A stretch of 11,171 nt of DNA from Bacteriovoracaceae bacterium (GTDB lineage Bacteria; Bdellovibrionota; Bacteriovoracia; Bacteriovoracales; Bacteriovoracaceae): the NCBI GenBank assembly GCA_049599895.1, contig JBMYPC010000103.1:1-11171 (forward strand), written 5' to 3'. A program made the position numbers and the translations under genes. Shown piece after piece: positions 1 to 8,634 of the stretch (its first letter is position 1; the number at the start of each line of letters is the position of its first letter). A model generated the notes under the pieces. The model was given only the letters and a program-made list of their open reading frames with translations. It did no database searches and was not told where the DNA came from.

Positions 1-95
1 AAGAGAAGCCTCTCCGCGGTGAAAGCCCTGACGACGAAGAGGATGAAGAAAGTGAAGAAGCTGAATATGAAGATGATGAAGAAAATGACGAATGA
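1..95 (+). CDS. 3' end of a truncated CDS with a highly acidic C-terminal tail; product not identifiable
   Basis: Frame starting at nt 3 reads EKPLRGESPDDEEDEESEEAEYEDDEENDE followed by TGA at 93-95, with no internal stop. It lies just upstream of the cytochrome c gene on the same strand. Confidence 0.75.
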   Translation, partial: EKPLRGESPDDEEDEESEEAEYEDDEENDE

Positions 96-114
96 GCTCT
101 TCATTTCATAAGTC

Positions 115-543
115 ATGAAATATTTCATCCCTATTTTAGTTCTTATCATTTCCAGTTGCCAAAAACCTGTCTCTAAAAAGGACGACATAAATCACGACAT
201 GCTCGAAGTTGCAAGTATCAGTGAAGGTCGTAAGCAATTTGTTATCTGCCTTGCTTGTCATAATATAAATAAAGGTGAACCCAGTCGTGGAACTTCTAAG
301 AAGCAAATTTTTGTTGGCCCAAACCTTCATGGAGTCTACAATCGCAAGGTTGCCTCTCTGTCAGACTTTAAGTTCTCCGAGGCTCTTAAGAAGCATTCAT
401 CAAAGTCATGGACCGTTGAGAACCTCGATCTCTATTTAAAAAGTCCTCATCGATTTGCCCCAAATACGAGTATGAAGTTTCCAGGCATAGGAGATCCTCA
501 AGACAGGATGGATGTCATCGCCTACTTAATGAGTTTGCAATAA
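115..543 (+). CDS. Class I c-type cytochrome (cytochrome c2/c550-like), predicted lipoprotein
   Basis: Single heme motif CLACH, the GPNLHGV motif, and LYLKSP...PNTSMKFPGI containing the axial Met, all typical of class I cytochrome c. The N-terminus MKYFIPILVLIISSC ends in a lipobox-like ISSC (Cys15). Confidence 0.93.
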   Translation: MKYFIPILVLIISSCQKPVSKKDDINHDMLEVASISEGRKQFVICLACHNINKGEPSRGTSKKQIFVGPNLHGVYNRKVASLSDFKFSEALKKHSSKSWTVENLDLYLKSPHRFAPNTSMKFPGIGDPQDRMDVIAYLMSLQ

Positions 544-547
544 GTCT

Positions 548-1546
548 TTAATGAGACCTGAGAGCCTCAACTCTTTTAGTTAACTTTTCAATCTTTTGCT
601 GCTGAGCTTTCATTGCCTCTACTAAAATGGGAACGATCTTCCCATAATCCACAGACAACCGTCCTCGGTTGTTTGGTCTAAAAACGGCTTCAGGAAGAAT
701 TTTCTCAATTTCCTGAGCAATGAATCCATAGTCGTAAGAATTATCTCTTTCCCATTGAAAATAATGTCCATTTAACTCATTAAATATCTCATAGGAGTTT
801 TCAATTGAGGTTATCGACTCTTTAAGAATTTCATCTGAATCATATTCATAGGACTTTGCTACAGTCTGTCCGATGATTTGCATAACTCCATCTACAGTAA
901 GTCCTTCAGCATCAGGGTCATCATTGTGAACAGATACTGAATCAACATTTACAGGAGACTCCGTTTCAATTCCCACTCTTCCATTATAATAAACAGATAC
1001 ACCTGAGCCCCTCGACCAAAGCTGATCATCAGTATCCGATAAAGATCGGCAAGTCTTAAGGTTCCCCCCTCCATCCATTTCAACATACATTTCAATTTTT
1101 TTAAAAAATGAATCAGGACCACCCTTTGCTTTTAACAATCCTTTTTGCTTTACCTTCACAAAAAGAAAGTCTTTAGGCCCATCCAGGAGTTCATACTCTA
1201 AAATATTAAAATTTGAGTGACCAAAATAATCTTTTTCACTACCAGCATTTCCAAGTGTGAAGTATTTTTTCTTTTCAATATTTCCAGATACTTCATCAAT
1301 TTTTTCGACGATAAAATTCGGCGTAAATGTTGATTCAAATGTTTTAAGACATTTTGCGGGATCAGTAAGAATGCTTCTTATCTCATTAACAGAGAGATTA
1401 ACATCAAGAGCGAACTGCCTTCTCACATTATTAACTTCGGCTTGTTTCATCATCCCAATGACATAATAAGCAAGGCCAGCGATCGCAACACCTAAAAGAA
1501 GCAAGACAGGAAGAATCCCTCCTTGTTCATTCTTTCTTAGAATCAT
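548..1546 (-). CDS. PilX/GspK-like (Glu5-lacking) prepilin fused to a short fibre segment and a C-terminal peptidase S74 intramolecular chaperone domain
   Basis: N-terminus MILRKNEQG|GILPVLLLLGVAIAGLAYYVIGM (basic leader, Gly, hydrophobic helix). Cys66 and Cys166. W..G...YYNGRVGI fibre-type motif. S74 hallmarks SDEILKESI, LNGHYFQW, YGFIAQEIEKILPEAV and LSVDYGKIVPILVEAMK, followed by a coiled-coil tail. ATGA overlap with the upstream paralogue. Confidence 0.85.
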   Translation of the reverse strand: MILRKNEQGGILPVLLLLGVAIAGLAYYVIGMMKQAEVNNVRRQFALDVNLSVNEIRSILTDPAKCLKTFESTFTPNFIVEKIDEVSGNIEKKKYFTLGNAGSEKDYFGHSNFNILEYELLDGPKDFLFVKVKQKGLLKAKGGPDSFFKKIEMYVEMDGGGNLKTCRSLSDTDDQLWSRGSGVSVYYNGRVGIETESPVNVDSVSVHNDDPDAEGLTVDGVMQIIGQTVAKSYEYDSDEILKESITSIENSYEIFNELNGHYFQWERDNSYDYGFIAQEIEKILPEAVFRPNNRGRLSVDYGKIVPILVEAMKAQQQKIEKLTKRVEALRSH

Positions 1547-2613
1547 TTACGACTCCCTTGGAGTCCTTTTGATTGTTCAAGAAATTCTATCGATTTTTGA
1601 AGTTTCGAGATCTGTTCATTTTGCTTTTTTAGAGCTTCAACTAGAACTGGTACAATCTTCACATAATCTACTGTGAGTGTCCCCTTTTCTGTTTTCGATC
1701 CGACAATTTCAGGCAAAACTCTCTGTACATTTTGCGCAATAAAACCGACATCTTCTTCCCCATTGTTTTTCCAATGAAACTTTACACCTTCAAGATTCTT
1801 TATTTTTTCTATAGGAGAAGAGATTTTCTTTATATTTTTCTTAAATCGAGAGTCTGATTCATACATAAATGATCCAGCCTTAATCGTGTCTGTCACATAA
1901 GTATCACCTAAAACAAAAAGATTTGGTAAGTCTTCTTCATTTAAGACGGGAGCACTTGGATCTCCAGATGGAGGATTTGGCATATCACTTCTTCCAATAA
2001 TGACTTTTCCTCCAGCGTAATAAATATCATCTCCAAGCCCTCTAGACCAAATCAGTGTATTTGATGCTAGTAAGGATCGACATCGGGAAACTCCTAAAGA
2101 TTTGTCTGAAGGATCCTTCCACTCGACATACATATTTAACTTTCTAATAAGCTCAGTTTGGGTGGGGCTGATTGTCGTTGATGATTTTTTATTTTGAATC
2201 TTTATCTCCAACACATCATCAGTTCCATCTTCTTTGAGTTCGTAGCTAAGAATTTTTAATTTTGAATTACCATACCCACTCTTCCCCTTTGCCGTAGACT
2301 TCAAAAAGTAAGACTCTTTTTCTTTTGAGTAAGTAATTGGATTTGTCGATGTATCTTTGTCGACTCCATTAACAATTGAATCAGGTTCAAGAGTTGATTC
2401 GAATGTTAGAGTACATTTCTGAGGATCTGTCAGGTGAGCATTAATTTCATTTATCGTTTGTGTGAGATCATTTCTAAATTCTTGTCTCGTTGTCGAGCTA
2501 CTTGTTAGCTGACTAATCATCACCATGGAATAAGCAAGACCACCTAAAATAACAGCACTGATTAATAACTCAATGAGTGTCACACCACCTTGGTTTCTAA
2601 TAAGGGACCTCAT
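1543..2613 (-). CDS. Type IV prepilin (N-terminal cleavage/methylation motif) fused to a short fibre segment and a C-terminal peptidase S74 intramolecular chaperone domain
   Basis: MRSLIRNQGG|VTLIELLISAVILGGLAY is a class III signal with Glu at +5. Cys67 and Cys178. WSRG..DDIYYAGGKVIIG motif. S74 motifs SDSRFKKNI, LEGVKFHWK, VGFIAQNVQRVLPEIV and LTVDYVKIVPVLVEALK. GGAGG ribosome-binding site upstream of the ATG. Confidence 0.9.
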   Translation of the reverse strand: MRSLIRNQGGVTLIELLISAVILGGLAYSMVMISQLTSSSTTRQEFRNDLTQTINEINAHLTDPQKCTLTFESTLEPDSIVNGVDKDTSTNPITYSKEKESYFLKSTAKGKSGYGNSKLKILSYELKEDGTDDVLEIKIQNKKSSTTISPTQTELIRKLNMYVEWKDPSDKSLGVSRCRSLLASNTLIWSRGLGDDIYYAGGKVIIGRSDMPNPPSGDPSAPVLNEEDLPNLFVLGDTYVTDTIKAGSFMYESDSRFKKNIKKISSPIEKIKNLEGVKFHWKNNGEEDVGFIAQNVQRVLPEIVGSKTEKGTLTVDYVKIVPVLVEALKKQNEQISKLQKSIEFLEQSKGLQGSRK

Positions 2614-2624
2614 GTTACCTCCAT

Positions 2625-3107
2625 CTACAAATGTATCTTCTTAACCGTTCTGAAAGCTCTTACAACAGCACCTGCTTTAAAACGATGGGCGATCTCCTCC
2701 GTCTCTATAAAACCAAGCTTCTTGTAAAAGCCTCTGGCCGTCAGGGATGAAGTTAAAGAAAGTTGAGAATACCCTCTCTTTTTAGCCTGTTTTTCAAGAG
2801 TATAATAAAGTTTAACACCAACACCTTTACCTATGCCAATTTTTGCGACATAGATTGCCATAATTTTGTCTTCTTTTATGGAACTAAAGCCTATAATTTT
2901 ATGACCTTCAACAGCAACAAAGAAATCCTCGCCATTTCCCTTTGCATTAAGGAACCCATCAACTTTCAAGTGGTCAGACCAGGCTGAAACTTGAGCTTGA
3001 TTATGATCTTTTGACGCAACTTCTCTGATTGAATTTTTATGAACCTCAAGAACCTCAGAAAAATCTTCTTCTGAGGCTTTTCGAATTATAATTAATGGTT
3101 TGGTCAT
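2625..3107 (-). CDS. GNAT family N-acetyltransferase (YafP-like)
   Basis: IRKASEED start, FFVAVEGHKIIGF strand, acetyl-CoA loop IYV...GIGKGVG, and SLTARGFYKKLGF motif. Confidence 0.9.
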   Translation of the reverse strand: MTKPLIIIRKASEEDFSEVLEVHKNSIREVASKDHNQAQVSAWSDHLKVDGFLNAKGNGEDFFVAVEGHKIIGFSSIKEDKIMAIYVAKIGIGKGVGVKLYYTLEKQAKKRGYSQLSLTSSLTARGFYKKLGFIETEEIAHRFKAGAVVRAFRTVKKIHL

Positions 3108-3121
3108 TTGCTCTTTCGGAA

Positions 3122-4432
3122 TTAGAACATTGAACTGGGATCCATCTCTCTTAAGTTTCTGTGAATCGCCTCTAAGAACTTCCCACCAAGCTCACCATCA
3201 ACAAGTCTGTGATCATAAGTATGAGTTCCGTACATCATGCTTCGAACAGCAATGGCGTCGTCCTTCATTACCATGACACGCTTTTGGATTACGCCAGCGG
3301 CATAAATCCCAACCTGTGGTTGAAGAATAACGGGAGTCGCGAGAAGCGTTCCAAATGATCCCACGTTGGTGAATGTAAATGTTCCACCTGTAAGCTCATC
3401 CATCGTTAACTTTTTCGCTCTTGCTTTCTTTGCAAGTGAATCAATCGCTCGGCAAAGACCTGTCATGTTAAGATTATCAGCACCTTTAATAACAGGAACC
3501 ACAAGACCATTTCCAGGAACTGCGACAGCACAACCAAGATTGATGTCTTTTTTCACAACAATGTTATCGCCTTCAATTGAGGCGTTCACAAGTGGGAACT
3601 CTTTAAGAGCACGGATAATCGCCATCATAATAAATGGAGTATAGGTCAGCTTAAAGCCTTCTTGCTTTTGGAACTCATTTTTGAACCCTTCTCTAAAAGT
3701 CACAAGATGAGTCAGATCAACTTCACTGATAGAGTTCACATGAGGAGAAGTCAGTTTTGATTGAACCATATTTCTTGCGATGGCCTTTCTCATATTATCC
3801 ATTGGGATAACTTCAACTCGATCACCTTCAGTATATGTTGGTGCAGGAGCAGCAGCAGGAGTTGGAGCTGCGGCAGGCGCAGGTGCCGATGCAGGAGCTT
3901 GAGCTGCTTGAGTCGCTGCTCCACCAGATCTGTTACCAAGATAAGCTTCAAAGTCTTTTTTAGTCACTCTTCCACCAGCACCTGAGCCAGTTAAAGAATC
4001 AAGTTCAGAAAGAGCCACTCCATGAGTTTCCGCCATCTTTCTCACAAGTGGAGTATAAAATCGTCTCTCCCCACTTGAAGCTGCTGGTGCTTCTGGAGTT
4101 GCCGCAGCAGGAGCTGAAGTTTCAGCGGGAGCACTTGCAGCAGGAGCTTCAGTACTTCCAGAAGATGAGCCACCTCCAAAAGCAACTGAAAGATCTGTTT
4201 CAATTACCGCAATTTTTATTCCAACATCAATTGTATCCCCTTCCTCAAAAAGAACTTCTTCGACTCGTCCTTTAAAAGGTGAAGGTATTTCTGATTCAAC
4301 TTTGTCTGTTGAGATCTCTAGAAGAATCTCATCGATTTGAATTTCATCACCTGGGGCCTTGTGCCACTTTGTGATAGTTCCGTTAGTAATCGACTCACCC
4401 ATTTGGGGCATAACAATATCTTTCTTGGCCAT
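3122..4432 (-). CDS. 2-oxoacid dehydrogenase complex E2 (dihydrolipoamide acyltransferase) with one lipoyl domain; acyl specificity not determinable
   Basis: Lipoyl domain with EISTDKVESEIPSP, Ala/Pro-rich linkers, E3-binding domain TPLVRKMA...GSGAGGRVTKKD, and catalytic TYDHRLVDG. AGAGGAG ribosome-binding site. Confidence 0.96.
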   Translation of the reverse strand: MAKKDIVMPQMGESITNGTITKWHKAPGDEIQIDEILLEISTDKVESEIPSPFKGRVEEVLFEEGDTIDVGIKIAVIETDLSVAFGGGSSSGSTEAPAASAPAETSAPAAATPEAPAASSGERRFYTPLVRKMAETHGVALSELDSLTGSGAGGRVTKKDFEAYLGNRSGGAATQAAQAPASAPAPAAAPTPAAAPAPTYTEGDRVEVIPMDNMRKAIARNMVQSKLTSPHVNSISEVDLTHLVTFREGFKNEFQKQEGFKLTYTPFIMMAIIRALKEFPLVNASIEGDNIVVKKDINLGCAVAVPGNGLVVPVIKGADNLNMTGLCRAIDSLAKKARAKKLTMDELTGGTFTFTNVGSFGTLLATPVILQPQVGIYAAGVIQKRVMVMKDDAIAVRSMMYGTHTYDHRLVDGELGGKFLEAIHRNLREMDPSSMF

Positions 4433-4453
4433 AATATTTCTCCTCTAATTTTT

Positions 4454-5839
4454 TTAATAGTTTAAAGCTCTACCCTTAGCGGCCATCACACTTTCAGCAA
4501 GCCACTCTCCAAGAGTTGGATGGGGATGAACAGTTGCAAAAATCTCTTCATCAATTCCTTCCATTGTCCTAAACAGAGCATATTCATGAATCAGTTCTGT
4601 TGCATGAGTTCCCACAATATGGGCGCCAAGAAGTTCACCGTATTCACCTAATAACGTCTTAACAAAACCATCTGTTTCCTGACTGGCAACAGCTTTACCA
4701 TTGGCCATAAAAGGAACTTTTCCGACAGAGTATTTAATTTTCTTTTCTTTAAGCTCTCTTTCTGTGTAACCCACAGATGCGACTTGAGGCTGGCAATAAG
4801 TACATCCAGCAATATTTTTATTATCAAGAGCGTGAGGTTTTTCACCAGAGAGGTGTTCTGCCGCAATCACTCCTTCATGAGAAGCAGCATGAGCAAGAAG
4901 TGGAGGTCCTGCAACATCACCAATTGCATAGATATTGGGAACATTTGTCTGATACATATCATTCACTTTGATAAAGCCTCGGTCCGTTTGAACACCAGCT
5001 TTTTCAAGTCCTATTCCGTCGATATTTCCAGTCATTCCAACAGCAATGAGACCCATTTCAAAATTATGCTTCTCTTCTTTACCATTATTAGTCACAGTAA
5101 AAGTCACATCATTTCCATTGTTCTTAGCAGTGATTTTTTCAATACCAAGACTCATTTTAATTCCATATTTTTTATAAGCTTTTTCTATTTCTTTTGAACT
5201 ATCTTCATCTTCGATTGGAAGAAGGTGTTTTTGGAGTTCAAAGATATGAACGTCCACACCAAACGCATTCCAAAAATAAGCAAACTCAACCCCAATAGCC
5301 CCAGCACCTACAATTCCGATAGACTTAGGAAGAGCTTCCATTTTGATTGCTTCCCAAGCACCGATCAGTCTCTTTCCATCATGCTCAAGTCCTGGAAAGC
5401 TTCTATAATGAGCACCTGAAGCCACAATAAAATTCTTGGCACTCACTTTAGTGGTAACACTTTTATCTTTCACTTCAAGAGTGTTCTTATCTAAAAATTG
5501 ACCGAAACCAGTAATGACATCGATCTTATTTTTCTTCATAAGATAGGCAACACCTTTAGAGATTTTATCTGAAATTCCTTTGGCCCTTTTAACAGCTTGG
5601 GCACCATCAACGCTTTTTAAATCAACGTTCACACCAAGGTCTTTAAAATGAGCAAGTTCGTGAACAGCATGAGCAGATTTTAAGACAGCTTTTGTTGGGA
5701 TACAGCCGCGGTTAAGACAAACACCACCGAGTTTATCGAATTCAACAATGGCAGTTTTCTTTCCTAACTGGCTTGCTCGAATAGCTGCGATATACCCGCC
5801 AGGGCCAGAACCAAGAACAACCACATCGTATGTTTTCAT
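4454..5839 (-). CDS. lpdA: Dihydrolipoyl dehydrogenase (E3)
   Basis: FAD-binding GSGPGGY, redox disulfide GGVCLNRGCIPTK, NAD-binding GAGAIGVE, YAIGD, and catalytic HPHPTLGE. AAGGAG ribosome-binding site. Adjacent to E2. Confidence 0.97.
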   Translation of the reverse strand: MKTYDVVVLGSGPGGYIAAIRASQLGKKTAIVEFDKLGGVCLNRGCIPTKAVLKSAHAVHELAHFKDLGVNVDLKSVDGAQAVKRAKGISDKISKGVAYLMKKNKIDVITGFGQFLDKNTLEVKDKSVTTKVSAKNFIVASGAHYRSFPGLEHDGKRLIGAWEAIKMEALPKSIGIVGAGAIGVEFAYFWNAFGVDVHIFELQKHLLPIEDEDSSKEIEKAYKKYGIKMSLGIEKITAKNNGNDVTFTVTNNGKEEKHNFEMGLIAVGMTGNIDGIGLEKAGVQTDRGFIKVNDMYQTNVPNIYAIGDVAGPPLLAHAASHEGVIAAEHLSGEKPHALDNKNIAGCTYCQPQVASVGYTERELKEKKIKYSVGKVPFMANGKAVASQETDGFVKTLLGEYGELLGAHIVGTHATELIHEYALFRTMEGIDEEIFATVHPHPTLGEWLAESVMAAKGRALNY

Positions 5840-5968
5840 ACTTCTCCTTCAAGACTTTGTGACACATTGAGAAAATGCATTTTACATCTAAGACTAACTC
5901 ATGGAAATGTTTAAATTCTGCATTATTTTCTGTCAACTTTAACAAAACTGTGAGAGACACATTTCTCG

Positions 5969-6904
5969 ATGTTAATTAATACAAAAAAACAGGACTCTAA
6001 GGATCTAGAAGTTAGCGGAGATGCCTCTGTTGACACGGAGCTCTTGCTTAAGGCCTTCCCAAAAGGTGTGGTTGTTTTTGATCTTGAGACCACGGGTCTT
6101 TCGTCTCTTTGTGACTCTATCATTGAGATTGGAGCGATTAAGGTCTCTCCCGATGGCAGCCTTGATCACTTTCAAACTCTTATAAATCCTGGAAAACCTA
6201 TCTCAGAGCGCTCCATTAAAATTCACCACATCACCGATGACATGGTGAAAGAGGCACCTAAAACTGAAGAAAGTATTAAAAAGTTTTATGAATTTATCGA
6301 AGACTTTGACCTTGTTGCACACAACGCACAATTTGATGCAGGGTTTATTATTTTCGATCTTCACATGCATTCATTAGAGCCTAAGGCCAATTCAATTTAT
6401 TGTTCATGTCTCTACGCAAGAAGAACTATCAGAGACGCTGCGAACCATAAGCTTTCAACTTTGGCGCATAAATTCGGGATTGATATGAACAGACATCACA
6501 GGGCCTACGATGACGCCCTTACTTGTTTATCGATTCTTCAAAACTCCTTAAAGAACGATCCTAAACTTAAGCTTCTGAATAAAGCAAAACTCTATGAGCT
6601 TAAGCAATTTAAAAAAAATGTTGTTGCGACAGAAGACAAAAAAATGAAGTTTCTTTTTGAATCTTCAAAAGAGAATACTCCCATTCTGATTGAATATAAT
6701 GGTGGTACTTATAAAAACATTAAACGCCCCATTACACCAGTTGCTCTTATGCCCACACCTCGTGGTAATGTGTTGTATGCTCTTTGCCTCATAACAGATA
6801 ACTATAAAAGCTTTATGCTGAAAAAAATTGATCGTTATGAAACAGCAACTCAAGAAGAGGTTCAAGGGCTTATTTTAAAACTGAACTCACCAAATAGATC
6901 GTAA
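5969..6904 (+). CDS. DnaQ-like DEDDh 3'-5' exonuclease with a C-terminal WYL-like domain
   Basis: ExoI VVFDLETTG, ExoII HNAQFD and ExoIII HRAYDDA are all intact. The C-terminal segment IEYNGG...KRPITPVALM...LYALCL...KSFMLKKI follows the WYL-domain pattern (recognised by eye). Confidence 0.88.
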   Translation: MLINTKKQDSKDLEVSGDASVDTELLLKAFPKGVVVFDLETTGLSSLCDSIIEIGAIKVSPDGSLDHFQTLINPGKPISERSIKIHHITDDMVKEAPKTEESIKKFYEFIEDFDLVAHNAQFDAGFIIFDLHMHSLEPKANSIYCSCLYARRTIRDAANHKLSTLAHKFGIDMNRHHRAYDDALTCLSILQNSLKNDPKLKLLNKAKLYELKQFKKNVVATEDKKMKFLFESSKENTPILIEYNGGTYKNIKRPITPVALMPTPRGNVLYALCLITDNYKSFMLKKIDRYETATQEEVQGLILKLNSPNRS

Positions 6905-7137
6905 TGAAAAACTTATTTTTAAATAAATTCTCTTATCGATTACAACAAGTTTTTATTTTTGTTTTGCATATTCTCTTACTCTATTGGATCGTTTACGTTC
7001 TCAACAATAGCAGTGAACTATCCGTCACAGAGACGTTCTATCACTTCACAGGGCTTTCTTTCGCTGGAGCAGGGTTGATTATAGGTTGCGCGAAATGGGC
7101 CAAGTGGCATCATCTCAATCAACCTCAAGGCGAATAG
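6904..7137 (+). CDS. Small hypothetical membrane protein with two predicted transmembrane helices
   Basis: Hydrophobic stretches VFIFVLHILLLYWIVYVL and FTGLSFAGAGLIIGC. TAATG 1-nt overlap with the exonuclease stop codon, and the stop lies 2 nt before the next ATG. Confidence 0.75.
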   Translation: MKNLFLNKFSYRLQQVFIFVLHILLLYWIVYVLNNSSELSVTETFYHFTGLSFAGAGLIIGCAKWAKWHHLNQPQGE

Positions 7138-7139
7138 TC

Positions 7140-8120
7140 ATGGTTCAAACCAACTTTTCAACTCTTTTAACGGATCATGTCCGAAGACAAATTGAACAGT
7201 ATGGGATGGAATCAGAAGTCGGCAAACAATACCTCCCCGATGAAAAAGAAATGGACCTTGATCTCCAAGAACATGGTCTGATTGACCCCATCACCGACAA
7301 AGAGTTCAACAAGGCTCCACAAATTATTCATCGCTACAAATCAAGAGCACTTTTTCTTCCCACTCATATTTGCCCTGTTCATTGTCGTTACTGCTTTAGG
7401 CGAAATCACTTGGGTCAATATGATCAAAAAAAAACTGATTCTCTCTTTCAACAAGAACTTTCAAAAACATTAGATTATCTAAAGTCCCATCCTGAAATTT
7501 TAGAACTTATTTGGACGGGTGGAGATCCCTTAAGTTTAAGTAACTCAAAAATTGAAAAGTACCTTGAGGCCTTTTCAAAAATTGATCACCTTAAGTTTAT
7601 GAGAATTCATTCAAAGTTTCCGACGGTGCAGCCTTCAAGGATCGATGAAGATTTATTAAAAGTTTTTAAGAATTATAAAGATCATTTCTCAGCAATCACA
7701 ATTGTCATTCATATCAATCACGCCAAGGAAATAAGTGACGGACTTAAAAAGTCAGTCGAAAAACTCAAAAATGTCGGAATTAATGTGCTCTCTCAAAGTG
7801 TTCTCCTTAAAGGAGTAAACGATAGTCAAAAAGCACTATCTCAACTTTTCTTAAGATTGGGCGAAATAGGCGTTATTCCCTATTATCTTCATCATCCTGA
7901 TAGGGTAAAACATGCGATGCATTTCTATCTTCCCCTTGAGCAAGGAAGAATCCTTTATAACAAACTTAAAAATGAACTTCCTGGCTGGTTAATTCCAAGA
8001 TATGTCTTAGACTTGCCTAACGGCGATGGAAAAACTCAAGCATTTGATCCAGAAAAGTTCGAAGTTGGTTCCCATTTTCTCAATCGAAATAGTCAACTGA
8101 CCAGTGTGGTTGAGCAATAG
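7140..8120 (+). CDS. KamA-family radical SAM lysine 2,3-aminomutase (EpmB/YjeK-like)
   Basis: HRYKSRALF, CxxxCxxC cluster motif CPVHCRYCFRR, TGGDPL, QSVLLKGVND, PYYLHHPD, and YVLDLPNGDGK (PLP lysine region). Start placed at ATG 7140, directly after the upstream stop, rather than TTG 7086, which overlaps the upstream gene. Confidence 0.93.
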   Translation: MVQTNFSTLLTDHVRRQIEQYGMESEVGKQYLPDEKEMDLDLQEHGLIDPITDKEFNKAPQIIHRYKSRALFLPTHICPVHCRYCFRRNHLGQYDQKKTDSLFQQELSKTLDYLKSHPEILELIWTGGDPLSLSNSKIEKYLEAFSKIDHLKFMRIHSKFPTVQPSRIDEDLLKVFKNYKDHFSAITIVIHINHAKEISDGLKKSVEKLKNVGINVLSQSVLLKGVNDSQKALSQLFLRLGEIGVIPYYLHHPDRVKHAMHFYLPLEQGRILYNKLKNELPGWLIPRYVLDLPNGDGKTQAFDPEKFEVGSHFLNRNSQLTSVVEQ

Positions 8121-8163
8121 TCTTTTTTTCTAAATTATCAAGAACGTCATAAATGGGCACTTT

Positions 8164-8634
8164 ATGGTTGTACTTAAATCAACTTCTTTATATCCTTATC
8201 GTATGCTCAAAACTGGATTAGCTGACAAAATTAATTTAGATGATTTCAAGACCCTGAAACATTACATGGTAATGAAAAATGAGACTTCGTCTACTCCATT
8301 TCTCGATGCCAATGCTTTTGAGTTTCAAGGTATTGCAGATAACATGTTTTATTTTCTCTCGCCCAAGAATACCTGTAACCATGGACATCATCTTCAAGTG
8401 GCCCTACTCCCCAAAAAGCCAAAAAGGCCTTTTGCCCATTTTCCCAATGAACAGGGAAATCAAACTGCAATATTTTTGGTTGGGAAAGTAACCGAGATCG
8501 ACAATTTGAGCGCCGAAAAAATGATCATTCATTTAAAGATTGGTCAGGTCAATATGAATGACATTAGTGATGTAAGTAAAGTTTATGAGAATCGACAAGC
8601 GGCTATAAACGATTTGATTGATAGAGGGAAATGA
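8164..8634 (+). CDS. Hypothetical protein (start uncertain)
   Basis: 156-codon ORF filling the gap on the coding strand, with an ATGA overlap into the next gene. No motif recognised with confidence. Confidence 0.7.
   Translation: MVVLKSTSLYPYRMLKTGLADKINLDDFKTLKHYMVMKNETSSTPFLDANAFEFQGIADNMFYFLSPKNTCNHGHHLQVALLPKKPKRPFAHFPNEQGNQTAIFLVGKVTEIDNLSAEKMIIHLKIGQVNMNDISDVSKVYENRQAAINDLIDRGK

Noticed and set aside
3836..4175. GC-rich GCAGGAGC-type repeats
   Set aside because: They encode the Ala/Pro-rich flexible linkers of E2 on the minus strand, which is ordinary.
5879..5936. Minus-strand TTGACA (5931-5936) and TAAAAT (5879-5884) as the lpdA promoter
   Set aside because: They are too far apart to pair. 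The TTGACA has only TAAACA at 17-nt spacing and the TAAAAT has only TTTCCA, so no promoter can be called with confidence.
7086..7139. Extended N-terminus of the KamA-family ORF from TTG 7086
   Set aside because: It overlaps the upstream membrane-protein gene by 52 nt. ATG 7140 follows that gene's stop directly and is more plausible.
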